In this document: positions 28,104-37,376 of the stretch, piece by piece
How positions within the stretch are numbered: position 1 is the stretch's first letter
Layout: each line of letters begins with the position of its first letter
IMG/VR virus record: IMGVR_UViG_3300025508_000006
Location: 52,031-116,030 of that record
Origin: a virus
DNA: 64,000 bases
Reading direction: 5' to 3' (one strand)
Translations under genes and position numbers: made by a program
The notes under the pieces: model-generated
Seen by the model: the letters and a program-made list of their open reading frames with translations, nothing else
The model's database searches: none
What the model was told of the DNA's origin: nothing

Positions 28104-29696
28104 ATGGCAGGCGTAAAGATAACAGACTTAGATTCGGCAATTGGTGCACCAGCATCAGATGACGTTCTAATTATAGTAGATACTAGCACTAACGTGACCA
28201 AGCAAATCAAAGCATCAGATTTACTTCTTGGTCAGACTGCTGAAAGAGCGAATACTATAAAGATCGCTAACGACACAACATCTACCGAAGCGTCTATTCA
28301 TTTTGGTAATGGTGTAAGTGGATCGTATGATTCTGTTGGTATTAGTAGTTCACTTCAATATAATGCTACTACAGGTACTTTGTCTGCACTTGCATTTGAA
28401 GGTAACGGTTCTGCTTTAACTAACTTGCCACAGAATGATCCTGTCGTGAATGCGGTTGATGCGGGCGTTGATGCTAATCCATATTATCTGATGATTCGCA
28501 ACAGTGCGACTGGTCTTGACAGTGTACATACTCAGAGCAACTTAACATCTAATCCAAATACTGGTGTATTAACTTCTCCTTTCTTTGCTGGTAACGGTTC
28601 GTTACTAACAGGTGTTCTTGCTGATAGTGCAACTAATGCTGACAGCGCAAACTTTGCTACCGAAGCAACTCATGCTTTATATGCTGACAGTGCTACACAG
28701 GCAGCAAGTGCTTTATTTGCTACAAATGCAACTTATGCTGTTAATGCTGATAGTGCAACAGTCGCTACGTCCTCTTTGACTTCTGCTCTTGCTACATTCG
28801 CTCTTGCCGCTGATAGCGCAGCGAATGCAAGTAATGCGACTCAAGCACAATATGCTGACACTATTGCTACTACTACTGCCGCCTCAGAGACAACTTTATA
28901 TCCTTTCATGGGCACTGCTCAGACTGGATTACAAGCAACTCTTGCCGCTGATGCCGCATTAACATATAACGCATCGAACGGTAGATTAACTTCAACAGCA
29001 TTTTCTGGTGATGGTTCTTTACTTACTAACTTACCTATTCCTGGTGGTGGTAGTATTGCTAACGCATTGAATGTACTTCCTTCTGCTGTAGATGCTTCAC
29101 ACTCCATTCTATTTGTTCAGAGTGCGACTGGTGTAGATAGTGTAAACACAGATGCGGGTTTACTGTACAATCCATTAAGCAACTTATTAACTGTTGGTGC
29201 TTTCTCTGGTGAAGGTAAACTACTCACCGAAGTACCTGCAACAAAGATTAACTCTAACTTTAATCCTACTACTGGCACACAGTATGTAATGATGAAAGCG
29301 ACCCAGACAGGTTCTGATAGTGTATCGGTTGATGGTGGTATCGTATTTGATGCTGCCACTAATACATTGACTGCAACGAATCTCGCAGGTAATGGTTCGA
29401 ACATAACTGATGTTACTGCTACTAATGCCACTAACGCGGTCAACGTAGGAGTTACCACTATTAATGATAGTGCAACATACTATGTTCACTTGGGTTCGGC
29501 AGCATCTGGTAACGATAACACTAACGTGGATCTCAATCTAACATACAATCCTTTGCAGAATTTGATGAATACCGGCATCGCGTATACTACAGATAGCGCA
29601 GGTTTATGGAATGGTACCGCACCAACAACTCTTGACTCTGCGGTCAACAGATTTGCATTATTGCTAAAAACATTAAACGGACAAGTAGGCGCTTAA
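28104..29696 (+). CDS. Ala/Thr/Ser-rich fibre-like structural protein
   Basis: About five repeats of L.YN...L....F.G.GS.LT plus ADSA repeats; late promoter and GAGG Shine-Dalgarno. Confidence 0.65.
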   Translation: MAGVKITDLDSAIGAPASDDVLIIVDTSTNVTKQIKASDLLLGQTAERANTIKIANDTTSTEASIHFGNGVSGSYDSVGISSSLQYNATTGTLSALAFEGNGSALTNLPQNDPVVNAVDAGVDANPYYLMIRNSATGLDSVHTQSNLTSNPNTGVLTSPFFAGNGSLLTGVLADSATNADSANFATEATHALYADSATQAASALFATNATYAVNADSATVATSSLTSALATFALAADSAANASNATQAQYADTIATTTAASETTLYPFMGTAQTGLQATLAADAALTYNASNGRLTSTAFSGDGSLLTNLPIPGGGSIANALNVLPSAVDASHSILFVQSATGVDSVNTDAGLLYNPLSNLLTVGAFSGEGKLLTEVPATKINSNFNPTTGTQYVMMKATQTGSDSVSVDGGIVFDAATNTLTATNLAGNGSNITDVTATNATNAVNVGVTTINDSATYYVHLGSAASGNDNTNVDLNLTYNPLQNLMNTGIAYTTDSAGLWNGTAPTTLDSAVNRFALLLKTLNGQVGA

Positions 29697-29738
29697 CACT
29701 AAGTCTAAATAACAGAAAGTATTTGAGGAAGAATAGAA

Positions 29739-30401
29739 ATGGCAGATATTAAAATATCGGCACTACCAGTACTAACATCAGCGGTTGATTCTGATGTTAT
29801 TGTTATTAATGACGTAAGTACTGGATCAACTAAGAAGATTACTCGCGGTCTTTTGTTAAATCATCTAGCAAAACAACTGCGAGACTCTGCTGATGGCGGT
29901 ATTGTCATTCCGAATGGTGATCTTACTCTTGCTAACGAACTTATCGCTGGTGGTGACATCTCTACTTCAGGTACAATTAACTTTGGTATCTTACGTGATT
30001 ATGTCAACAACACCTATGCAACTTCGATTGTAGATTCTGCGGGTGGTTATGATCTGAGTGATAGTGCTTTAACTACAACTCAGTCTGTTGTTCAATATCT
30101 TGCGACACACACATCTGATCTAATTAAAATTGATTCTGCTGGACCTACACTCACTACACTATATCCAGTAATGACAAGTATTGTTACGGGCGAAGATAGT
30201 GCGAGAACTGATACACAACTATCATACAATCCACAAACAAATATCTTAACTGCGGGTTCATACTCTGGTTTAGGTAACTTGCTTGGTTACACTACAGATA
30301 GTGCAGGACTATGGACTACACCCGCGCCAACAAATGTTAAAGACGCGATAGACAGATTAGCACTAGCAGTTAAAACACTCAATAGTCAAGTAGGCGCTTA
30401 A
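29739..30401 (+). CDS. short paralogue of the upstream fibre-like protein
   Basis: Shares the N-terminal (MA..KI..L...D...I.D.ST..TK.I) and C-terminal (YTTDSAGLW...KTLN.QVGA) caps with 28104-29696. Confidence 0.65.
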   Translation: MADIKISALPVLTSAVDSDVIVINDVSTGSTKKITRGLLLNHLAKQLRDSADGGIVIPNGDLTLANELIAGGDISTSGTINFGILRDYVNNTYATSIVDSAGGYDLSDSALTTTQSVVQYLATHTSDLIKIDSAGPTLTTLYPVMTSIVTGEDSARTDTQLSYNPQTNILTAGSYSGLGNLLGYTTDSAGLWTTPAPTNVKDAIDRLALAVKTLNSQVGA

Positions 30402-33400
30402 TGCACAACGTTTTTACAGATAAGCGGCGGAGACATCTCAATCTGCGCGAACCGCAGGTGCAGGGCGTTCTTCCCGAGCATTTTGTTACTGCTTATCCGA
30501 AGTTCATAAAACTTCTTGAGGAGTATTATGAGTGGCAAGGTCAGTACGAGTCTACCGAACTTCTCAATCACCTATTCGCATCTCGTGATATCAATGAAAC
30601 TGATGTAACATTACTTTCATTTATTGAAGACGAGTTGCTTTTAGGTGAAAATTACTTCGAAGGTTTTGGACAATCCGAAGCAGAGAAACGTGCTGCCGCA
30701 AACTTTTCTAGCACACTGTTTCGCGCAAAAGGTTCTAAGTTTGCTATTGAATGGTTCTTCAGATCGTTCTATGGTTTGGATGCAGAAGTTCTTTATCCTA
30801 AAGAAGACATATTTAACGTATCGGATAATGACTCGCGCATTGGTCCGGACTATCTAAACTATCTTACAGATGATAAACTATATCAAACATATGCTTTGCT
30901 TATTCGTGTAGGTATACCTATCTCACAATGGTCAGAAGTATTTAAGAAGTTTGTACATCCTGCAGGAATGTATCTTGGCAGTGAAGTATTACTTTCTAGT
31001 AATAATATTAGTAACATTATTTTAGATGATGATAGTGCTGGCAGTATACAACGAACTGCTATGTCATATTCGATTACTAATGACGGTCCTACTGATGAAG
31101 GACAAGCAACAACTTTTCAGATTATCGGCAATAATGTACCCGAAGGCACAGGTGTTGTATATGCTTATGTTACTCACGGTTCAACTACTGACTCAGACTT
31201 TCCTCTCAACGCATTGACAATACCCGCACACGGTCCTAACAATCGTTACCCCGCAATTAGTAGTAAAATACCACTGCTAAATGATAGTGCAGGACCTGCG
31301 TTAATAAATATCAACGATGATAGCGCAACTTTCTCAATAAGAAGTTGGATTGATAGTGACGGTGGTGCTAGTAGCGACAACTATACATTGAATATTATTG
31401 ATCATGAAGGCAGATCATTAGACAGTACGCTTATTACTATTAACAACGTCGAACCATCTTACTCTTTAGTTGCAGATCCCTCGTCGCCACTTGAAGGTGA
31501 TGTTATAACATGGACAGTCACAGGAACAAACACTCCTTACGATGGTGAGACTACTTTGTTTTATCATGTAGTTCATGGTGACACAAACGATTCAGACTTC
31601 AGTGTTCCTCCTCAACAAGACGCGGATCTACAGAGTGGTGCGGCATTAGTAACTTTATCTGGTGGAATTGGTTCGTTCACACTTAAAACTATTATTGATG
31701 GAGCATCAGATCCCGACGAAGAATTTACTGTTAATATTAGAGACTCTAAGAAGTTACAAGTTGCAAGTACAACAGTTTCTGTAACACAAGTAGCAAGTGA
31801 TTTTACAATTAGTGCTGACGATATAGTTGAAGGTGCATCACTCGTACTTAATATCACTGTAAATCCAGCAGAAATCGGGGACTCGCTGACATATGTTATA
31901 ACGAATGGTGATTCTCGAATCGCACCTCTTACAGACACCTTTGTTGTTCCCTCTGAAGGCGGTGGTACATTCGTTAAAGTTATACCCACTGAAGTTAGTG
32001 ATTTATATCAAGGAACTGTAACGCCTACTGTCACTGTAACCAATAACGTAACTAATATTTCAGTACAGACCACATTTGATTTAACTGATGTGACTCCAGT
32101 ATGGGGAATGACATCTGATCCAGAATTTGCTGTAGAAGGTAATACAATCACTTTCTCAGTAGACGGAACAAATATTCCTGATCCTTCTACCGTATGGTTT
32201 GAAATACTTCACGGCACAACTACTAATGCGGATTTCACAGTAACACCTCCGCAGACAGGTACACGCTCATCAACTGTTATTAACGATCCGGGTGATACAG
32301 TCAAGCAGTTGACAATTGCAAGTGATAGTGAAGTTGGTGATGAGACATTTACTGCACGTCTATATGATGCGGAGACCGGTGGTAATCTTCTAGCATCTAT
32401 CCCTTATGTGATACAAGGCACTAACACTTCATATGCTTTATCTCCTAGCGTCTCTTCGGTCAATGAAGGTGGTCAAGTTACATTCACCTTTACCACGAAT
32501 CAGGCAGATGGTACATACTATTGGTATATTCCAACATATTCTGGGTATACAATACAAGAGGCAGACTTTGCTGGTACTATAGGTACAAATACCAATAGAG
32601 GTTCATTTGTTGTAACTAGCGGTACTGGTACTATTGTTGTCGATTTAGTTAATGATTCACTTACCGAAGGTGCGGAAGCATTCAATGTTCTTGTAGCATT
32701 GTCTCCGAATGGAAGTGTACCTCCTGTTGTGTCTAGTGGAACTGTCACAGTAAATGATACTTCTGCCACGACATTTACCCTTACTCTGAATCCTGCCAAT
32801 CACGGACAGAGTACTAGCATTACTGAAGGTGCGACTGCATTTCTCCTTATTAATGCAGACACCAATCAACCGAATTTACAGACGAATTATGTAGAGATTA
32901 CTGGTTCCGGTGTTGTAGGAAGATTCCCTGTACAACAGAAAAATGTTACTAATGGTCAGTATCCTAACAGTCTTTCTTTCGCAACAACGAATAGTAATAC
33001 CTATCAAGGTTCGCAAGTTGTTACTGCTAAACTATCTACTGGTAACTATGCATCTCTAGGCGGAACAGTACTTGATACACTCACGTTCAATCTACTTGAT
33101 CAAGCACCTGCAATGACATTGACACCTAACGCTACGACTGGTGATGAAGGCGATACTATAACATATACTGTTAGTGGAACTAACATTCAAGACGGTACTT
33201 ACTACTGGTACGATCCTGCACTAGTTAAAACTGTCGATGTTCCTTTCGGTCTTGGTTCCGGCACATCACAAATTAATCACCAAGGATCGCAAGTCGATGT
33301 AGAAATAGGAATGTCAACTGATGATGCTAATATACCGGGCACAGTTACTGGCGTATTTGCAGATTATCTCACAATGTCTGATCCCACAACTAGGGCAACA

Positions 33401-34213
33401 GTTACAGGCGAGCATATAAAGTTTGCGTTTCCTGATAACTTTGCTGACGCAACTGAGATTTATGGTACTGTAGCAGTTTCAAGCAATTCTGGCACCTTTG
33501 AGTTAGATACTCTTGAGAACAGTGATTATGCGGATGATGTCTATACCATGCGTGTTTTTGATAATGAATTTCAGTATAACTTCAGCGGCACGAATCTTGG
33601 TCTTGCCACTGCCGCAACTGTTACTATTGCAGACACTAATCCAATAGTAGTTCAGATTGCAGAGACCTATATATCTGGTTCTGATACTGGTCAGGATTAT
33701 AGTTGGGGCAGAGAAAATGCCAACCCTGCCATTGCTATGTACCTCTTCAATAATGGCATGTTTGGGTACCAAGGCGTTAGCAGTAATGACTCGTATATTT
33801 CTCCTCCAGAAGCGCGTGGTCCTGATGATGGTAAAGACTATCAAATGCTGGTCAGAGTATACACTAACTCTGCTAGAACGACTTTATATACTCCGGGTGC
33901 TTCTGTTGGAACCATGGGTGCTACCATGACTGGTGGAATACACTACGATCCTTCTACTAATCCTTCATATGATGGAATTACCTGGACTAATGCATCTAAT
34001 CAATGGTTTAAATTAGGGGAACAACCTTCGAACAATAATAGTTTTACAAGATTTGACTTTGCGGGTGAAGTCTCTTCGCTCTCAACAAAAACTGCGAATT
34101 TGTATGTAACGACAGTAATTAAAGAGTACACCGGAACATTAGGTACGGGTACTACGCTACATACTAACAACACTTTAGAATTATTCTTAACCGGAAGAGT
34201 AGAAACAAGGTAA
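30401..34213 (+). CDS. baseplate wedge gp7-like protein with long C-terminal Ig/Calx-beta-like repeats
   Basis: LPEHF...YPKFIKLLEEYY, F.AKGS..AI..FFR.FYG and YQTYA.LI...W..VFK..VHPAGM match cyanophage gp7 N-terminal blocks. They are followed by repeated EG..ITF.V.GTN...D.DF...E.F.V modules. Confidence 0.6.
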   Translation: MHNVFTDKRRRHLNLREPQVQGVLPEHFVTAYPKFIKLLEEYYEWQGQYESTELLNHLFASRDINETDVTLLSFIEDELLLGENYFEGFGQSEAEKRAAANFSSTLFRAKGSKFAIEWFFRSFYGLDAEVLYPKEDIFNVSDNDSRIGPDYLNYLTDDKLYQTYALLIRVGIPISQWSEVFKKFVHPAGMYLGSEVLLSSNNISNIILDDDSAGSIQRTAMSYSITNDGPTDEGQATTFQIIGNNVPEGTGVVYAYVTHGSTTDSDFPLNALTIPAHGPNNRYPAISSKIPLLNDSAGPALININDDSATFSIRSWIDSDGGASSDNYTLNIIDHEGRSLDSTLITINNVEPSYSLVADPSSPLEGDVITWTVTGTNTPYDGETTLFYHVVHGDTNDSDFSVPPQQDADLQSGAALVTLSGGIGSFTLKTIIDGASDPDEEFTVNIRDSKKLQVASTTVSVTQVASDFTISADDIVEGASLVLNITVNPAEIGDSLTYVITNGDSRIAPLTDTFVVPSEGGGTFVKVIPTEVSDLYQGTVTPTVTVTNNVTNISVQTTFDLTDVTPVWGMTSDPEFAVEGNTITFSVDGTNIPDPSTVWFEILHGTTTNADFTVTPPQTGTRSSTVINDPGDTVKQLTIASDSEVGDETFTARLYDAETGGNLLASIPYVIQGTNTSYALSPSVSSVNEGGQVTFTFTTNQADGTYYWYIPTYSGYTIQEADFAGTIGTNTNRGSFVVTSGTGTIVVDLVNDSLTEGAEAFNVLVALSPNGSVPPVVSSGTVTVNDTSATTFTLTLNPANHGQSTSITEGATAFLLINADTNQPNLQTNYVEITGSGVVGRFPVQQKNVTNGQYPNSLSFATTNSNTYQGSQVVTAKLSTGNYASLGGTVLDTLTFNLLDQAPAMTLTPNATTGDEGDTITYTVSGTNIQDGTYYWYDPALVKTVDVPFGLGSGTSQINHQGSQVDVEIGMSTDDANIPGTVTGVFADYLTMSDPTTRATVTGEHIKFAFPDNFADATEIYGTVAVSSNSGTFELDTLENSDYADDVYTMRVFDNEFQYNFSGTNLGLATAATVTIADTNPIVVQIAETYISGSDTGQDYSWGRENANPAIAMYLFNNGMFGYQGVSSNDSYISPPEARGPDDGKDYQMLVRVYTNSARTTLYTPGASVGTMGATMTGGIHYDPSTNPSYDGITWTNASNQWFKLGEQPSNNNSFTRFDFAGEVSSLSTKTANLYVTTVIKEYTGTLGTGTTLHTNNTLELFLTGRVETR

Positions 34214-34219
34214 TACATT

Positions 34220-35125
34220 ATGAATAATATAGATGCAAATGATTTAATATATCAGCAAGATTGGTATGATCTTAGCATATGGTATTGTTTTCTGAATAAC
34301 ACGGACGGTTCAACTCGTTATAGAACACCCGCAGTTTTAAATAATGACGGTAGTATTAATTACACTGAGTCGTACAATGTTATGAATGATTTTCATAAAG
34401 CAGAAATGTGGGACTCTTATAGGCAACTAATTCCTAGTGCCGGCAACCCTGCCGCTAACGTATATGTTAATGGTCAAATAAAAAGAGTAGATCGTTTAAT
34501 TAGTGAGACTGAAGGTCAAGAACTTGTTGATATTATTGAAGCACGGTTTCCGGCATATGATCTTGAAACATCTCCTCTGAATGTTGTGGGGAGTTACGGT
34601 CCTTATAGACCACCCTATACTGCGGCATCGTCAATAAGTTTCTATGATCTGGAGATGTTCACTTCAGCGGCCGCGGATTTTAGTAGAATCAATGAGTTTG
34701 TACACTCACATCCTCCACATTCAAGATATAATGTAGATTTAAACGTATATACAGATTTGATGCCTTGGTTCGGTTACAAGTTTAACCTTGATGATGACAC
34801 TGTGTCAATGAAGATTGTTCACCGAAATAAAATATCTACAGTTACTTATCCTCCTGTACCTGAAGTTGTCATACATGAGTTGAAAAATATATATTATGCT
34901 AGAATACACAACGAAGATGGCACTATAGATAACATGAACGATGTGTTTTTCGATGCGCATTGGCAAGACGTGCAAGCATATTGTACTGAACATGATTTAG
35001 ATTATCCGATACCCGAAGGTGTTGATGCTACTCATGTTCTTGTTTGGGGTATTGTGTTTAACGGTACTACCGGTGAACCTGTGATGGTGAAAGGATATGA
35101 AAGTAGAGATGTACAACCAACTTGA
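34220..35125 (+). CDS. hypothetical protein
   Basis: 301-aa ORF in operon orientation; no recognised motif. Confidence 0.7.
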   Translation: MNNIDANDLIYQQDWYDLSIWYCFLNNTDGSTRYRTPAVLNNDGSINYTESYNVMNDFHKAEMWDSYRQLIPSAGNPAANVYVNGQIKRVDRLISETEGQELVDIIEARFPAYDLETSPLNVVGSYGPYRPPYTAASSISFYDLEMFTSAAADFSRINEFVHSHPPHSRYNVDLNVYTDLMPWFGYKFNLDDDTVSMKIVHRNKISTVTYPPVPEVVIHELKNIYYARIHNEDGTIDNMNDVFFDAHWQDVQAYCTEHDLDYPIPEGVDATHVLVWGIVFNGTTGEPVMVKGYESRDVQPT

Positions 35126-35324
35126 TATAACTGATATTGATAAGAGATTCTGGGATAAAACAAATGAAGAGTTGAGTATTGCCAAGCAAAGATATGTTGA
35201 TGTTCGTATTGAACAACTTGCCGAAGAGCGAGATAAGAATACTGACACCTATGACATAGCGTGGTATAATCGACTCATCGAAGAATTGACTTGGGCAAAA
35301 CAAATGTCCGAGCGAAAGAGATAA
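35097..35324 (+). CDS. small hypothetical protein (start may be the ATG at 35109)
   Basis: Helical ORF (WYNRLIEELTWA) bridging into gp16. Confidence 0.6.
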   Translation: MKVEMYNQLDITDIDKRFWDKTNEELSIAKQRYVDVRIEQLAEERDKNTDTYDIAWYNRLIEELTWAKQMSERKR

Positions 35325-35327
35325 TAT

Positions 35328-35693
35328 ATGTCAGAAAACAATAACATTGATGCAGACTACAACACCTCTCGTGACACATACAACGACCTGATTGAGAAAG
35401 GTCGTGAGTCTTTAGAGTTGATGATTGAAGTTGCCCGTGAGAGCGAACATCCTAGAGCGTTCGAAGTTCTTTCTGGTATGATTAAAAACATATCTGATGT
35501 TAATGATAAGTTGATGGACTTGAATAAGAAGTACAAAGAAGTCACCGCAACTACTAAACCCGCTTTAGACGCGCCTAGTACTGTTACTAATAATAATGTA
35601 TTCATTGGCAGTACAACAGACTTACAGCGAATGCTGATTAAGAATGCTGAAGAGCAAAAGGTAATTGATGTCGTTTCAGACGAATCTCAATAG
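35328..35693 (+). CDS. gp16: terminase small subunit gp16
   Basis: DY..SR.....LIEKG...L..M..VA.ESEHPRAFEV and NNNVFIGST.DLQ.ML motifs; overlaps gp17. Confidence 0.88.
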   Translation: MSENNNIDADYNTSRDTYNDLIEKGRESLELMIEVARESEHPRAFEVLSGMIKNISDVNDKLMDLNKKYKEVTATTKPALDAPSTVTNNNVFIGSTTDLQRMLIKNAEEQKVIDVVSDESQ

Positions 35694-37290
35694 CGGCACT
35701 TCTTATCTCGGTAATCCTAATGTAAAACGTGACGGCGTATTACAACAATGGACTGAGTGGGAAGTCATGGAGTACGCGAGATGCAGTAATGATCCTGCCT
35801 ACTTTGCTCGTACTTACATTAAGATTATATCATTGGATGAAGGTCTTGTAAACTTTAATCTATATGATTATCAAGAAAAGATGTTCGATCACTTCGACAC
35901 AAACAGATTCTCTATTGTACTTGCGTGTAGACAGTCAGGTAAATCTATATCATCAGTTGTATATCTTTTGTGGTATGCACTCTTTCATCCAGAGAAAACT
36001 ATTGCTGTTCTAGCAAACAAAGGAGCAACATCTCGTGAAATGCTTCAACGTATCACACTTGCTCTTGAAAACTTACCGTTCTTTCTGCAACCAGGTTGTA
36101 AAGCACTCAACAAAGGTTCTATTGAATTTTCTAATAATAGTCGAATTATTGCCGCTGCTACTAGCGGGTCTTCTATTCGTGGTATGTCTGTTAATCTGTT
36201 GTTTCTTGATGAGTTTGCTTTCGTTGAACGTGCATCTGAGTTCTACACTTCAACGTACCCAGTCGTCTCTGCGGGTAAAGATACAAAAGTTATCATCACC
36301 TCAACTGCCAATGGAATAGGCAATACATATCACAAAATATGGCAGGGAGCAACACAGGGTGTTAATGAGTATAAAGCATTCACTGTAAACTGGTGGGATG
36401 TACCTGGGCGAGACGACGAGTGGAAGCGACAGACTATTGCGAATACTTCGCAGTTGCAGTTCGACCAAGAATTCGGCAACACCTTCTTTGGAACAGGTGA
36501 TACGCTGATTAATGCTGGTTGTCTATTAGACTTGAGAGCAATTAATCCTATACAGATACTAGAAGGCGGTGATTGCCTCGTATATAAAGAACCTGTAAAA
36601 AGTCACGAATATATCATGACTTGTGATGTAAGTAAGGGAAGAGGACAGGATTATTCTACATTTACTTTAATCGATATTACTACAAGACCTTTTGAGCAGG
36701 TGTGTGTATATCGCAATAATACTATCTCTCCATTACTCTTCCCTGACATTATATATAAATATGCGAAAGTCTACAATGAAGCATATGTAATAGTCGAGTC
36801 AAACGATCAAGGCACTGTAGTGTGTCAGGGTCTGTACCACGACTTAGAGTATGAGAATGTCCATGTCGAATCTGCTACTAAAGCAAATCGAATCGGTGTT
36901 GAGATGACTCGTAAGTCGAAGCGTCTGGGTTGTTCTGCTATCAAAGATATTCTTGAAGAGAACAAATTAGAAATTGTCGATGAGAATACCATCTTCGAGA
37001 TGTCTACATTTACAGCACAGGGACAATCATATGAAGCATCTGATGGTAATCACGATGACTTGATGATGAATCTAGTGATGTTTGGTTACTTTGTATCTAC
37101 TCAGTTCTTTGCAGACATGACAGATATTAACTTAAAGCAGATGATGTTCGAGAATCAGGTTAGACAGATCGAAGATGATATCGTGCCGTTTGGTTTTATT
37201 GACAATGGCGACGATGAAATACATAGAATAGAACAAGCAGAGAATGATAAACACCAACAATGGTCAACATGGGGCGACGAACCATATTGA
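35665..37290 (+). CDS. gp17: terminase large subunit gp17
   Basis: YLGNPN.K, Walker A RQSGKS, Walker B LLFLDEFAF, motif III ITST.NG, and nuclease D(V)SKGRGQDYS and HDDL motifs. Confidence 0.97.
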   Translation: MMSFQTNLNSGTSYLGNPNVKRDGVLQQWTEWEVMEYARCSNDPAYFARTYIKIISLDEGLVNFNLYDYQEKMFDHFDTNRFSIVLACRQSGKSISSVVYLLWYALFHPEKTIAVLANKGATSREMLQRITLALENLPFFLQPGCKALNKGSIEFSNNSRIIAAATSGSSIRGMSVNLLFLDEFAFVERASEFYTSTYPVVSAGKDTKVIITSTANGIGNTYHKIWQGATQGVNEYKAFTVNWWDVPGRDDEWKRQTIANTSQLQFDQEFGNTFFGTGDTLINAGCLLDLRAINPIQILEGGDCLVYKEPVKSHEYIMTCDVSKGRGQDYSTFTLIDITTRPFEQVCVYRNNTISPLLFPDIIYKYAKVYNEAYVIVESNDQGTVVCQGLYHDLEYENVHVESATKANRIGVEMTRKSKRLGCSAIKDILEENKLEIVDENTIFEMSTFTAQGQSYEASDGNHDDLMMNLVMFGYFVSTQFFADMTDINLKQMMFENQVRQIEDDIVPFGFIDNGDDEIHRIEQAENDKHQQWSTWGDEPY

Positions 37291-37303
37291 AAATAGTGGT
37301 ATG

Positions 37304-37311
37304 TATAAATA
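37304..37311 (+). promoter_or_regulatory. T4-type late promoter
   Basis: Exact TATAAATA upstream of gp18. Confidence 0.8.
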
Positions 37312-37376
37312 AAACATTGATATATATTCGTATTATGCATCTCTTATCATATGTTTAACTAATAAAGGACAAGACC

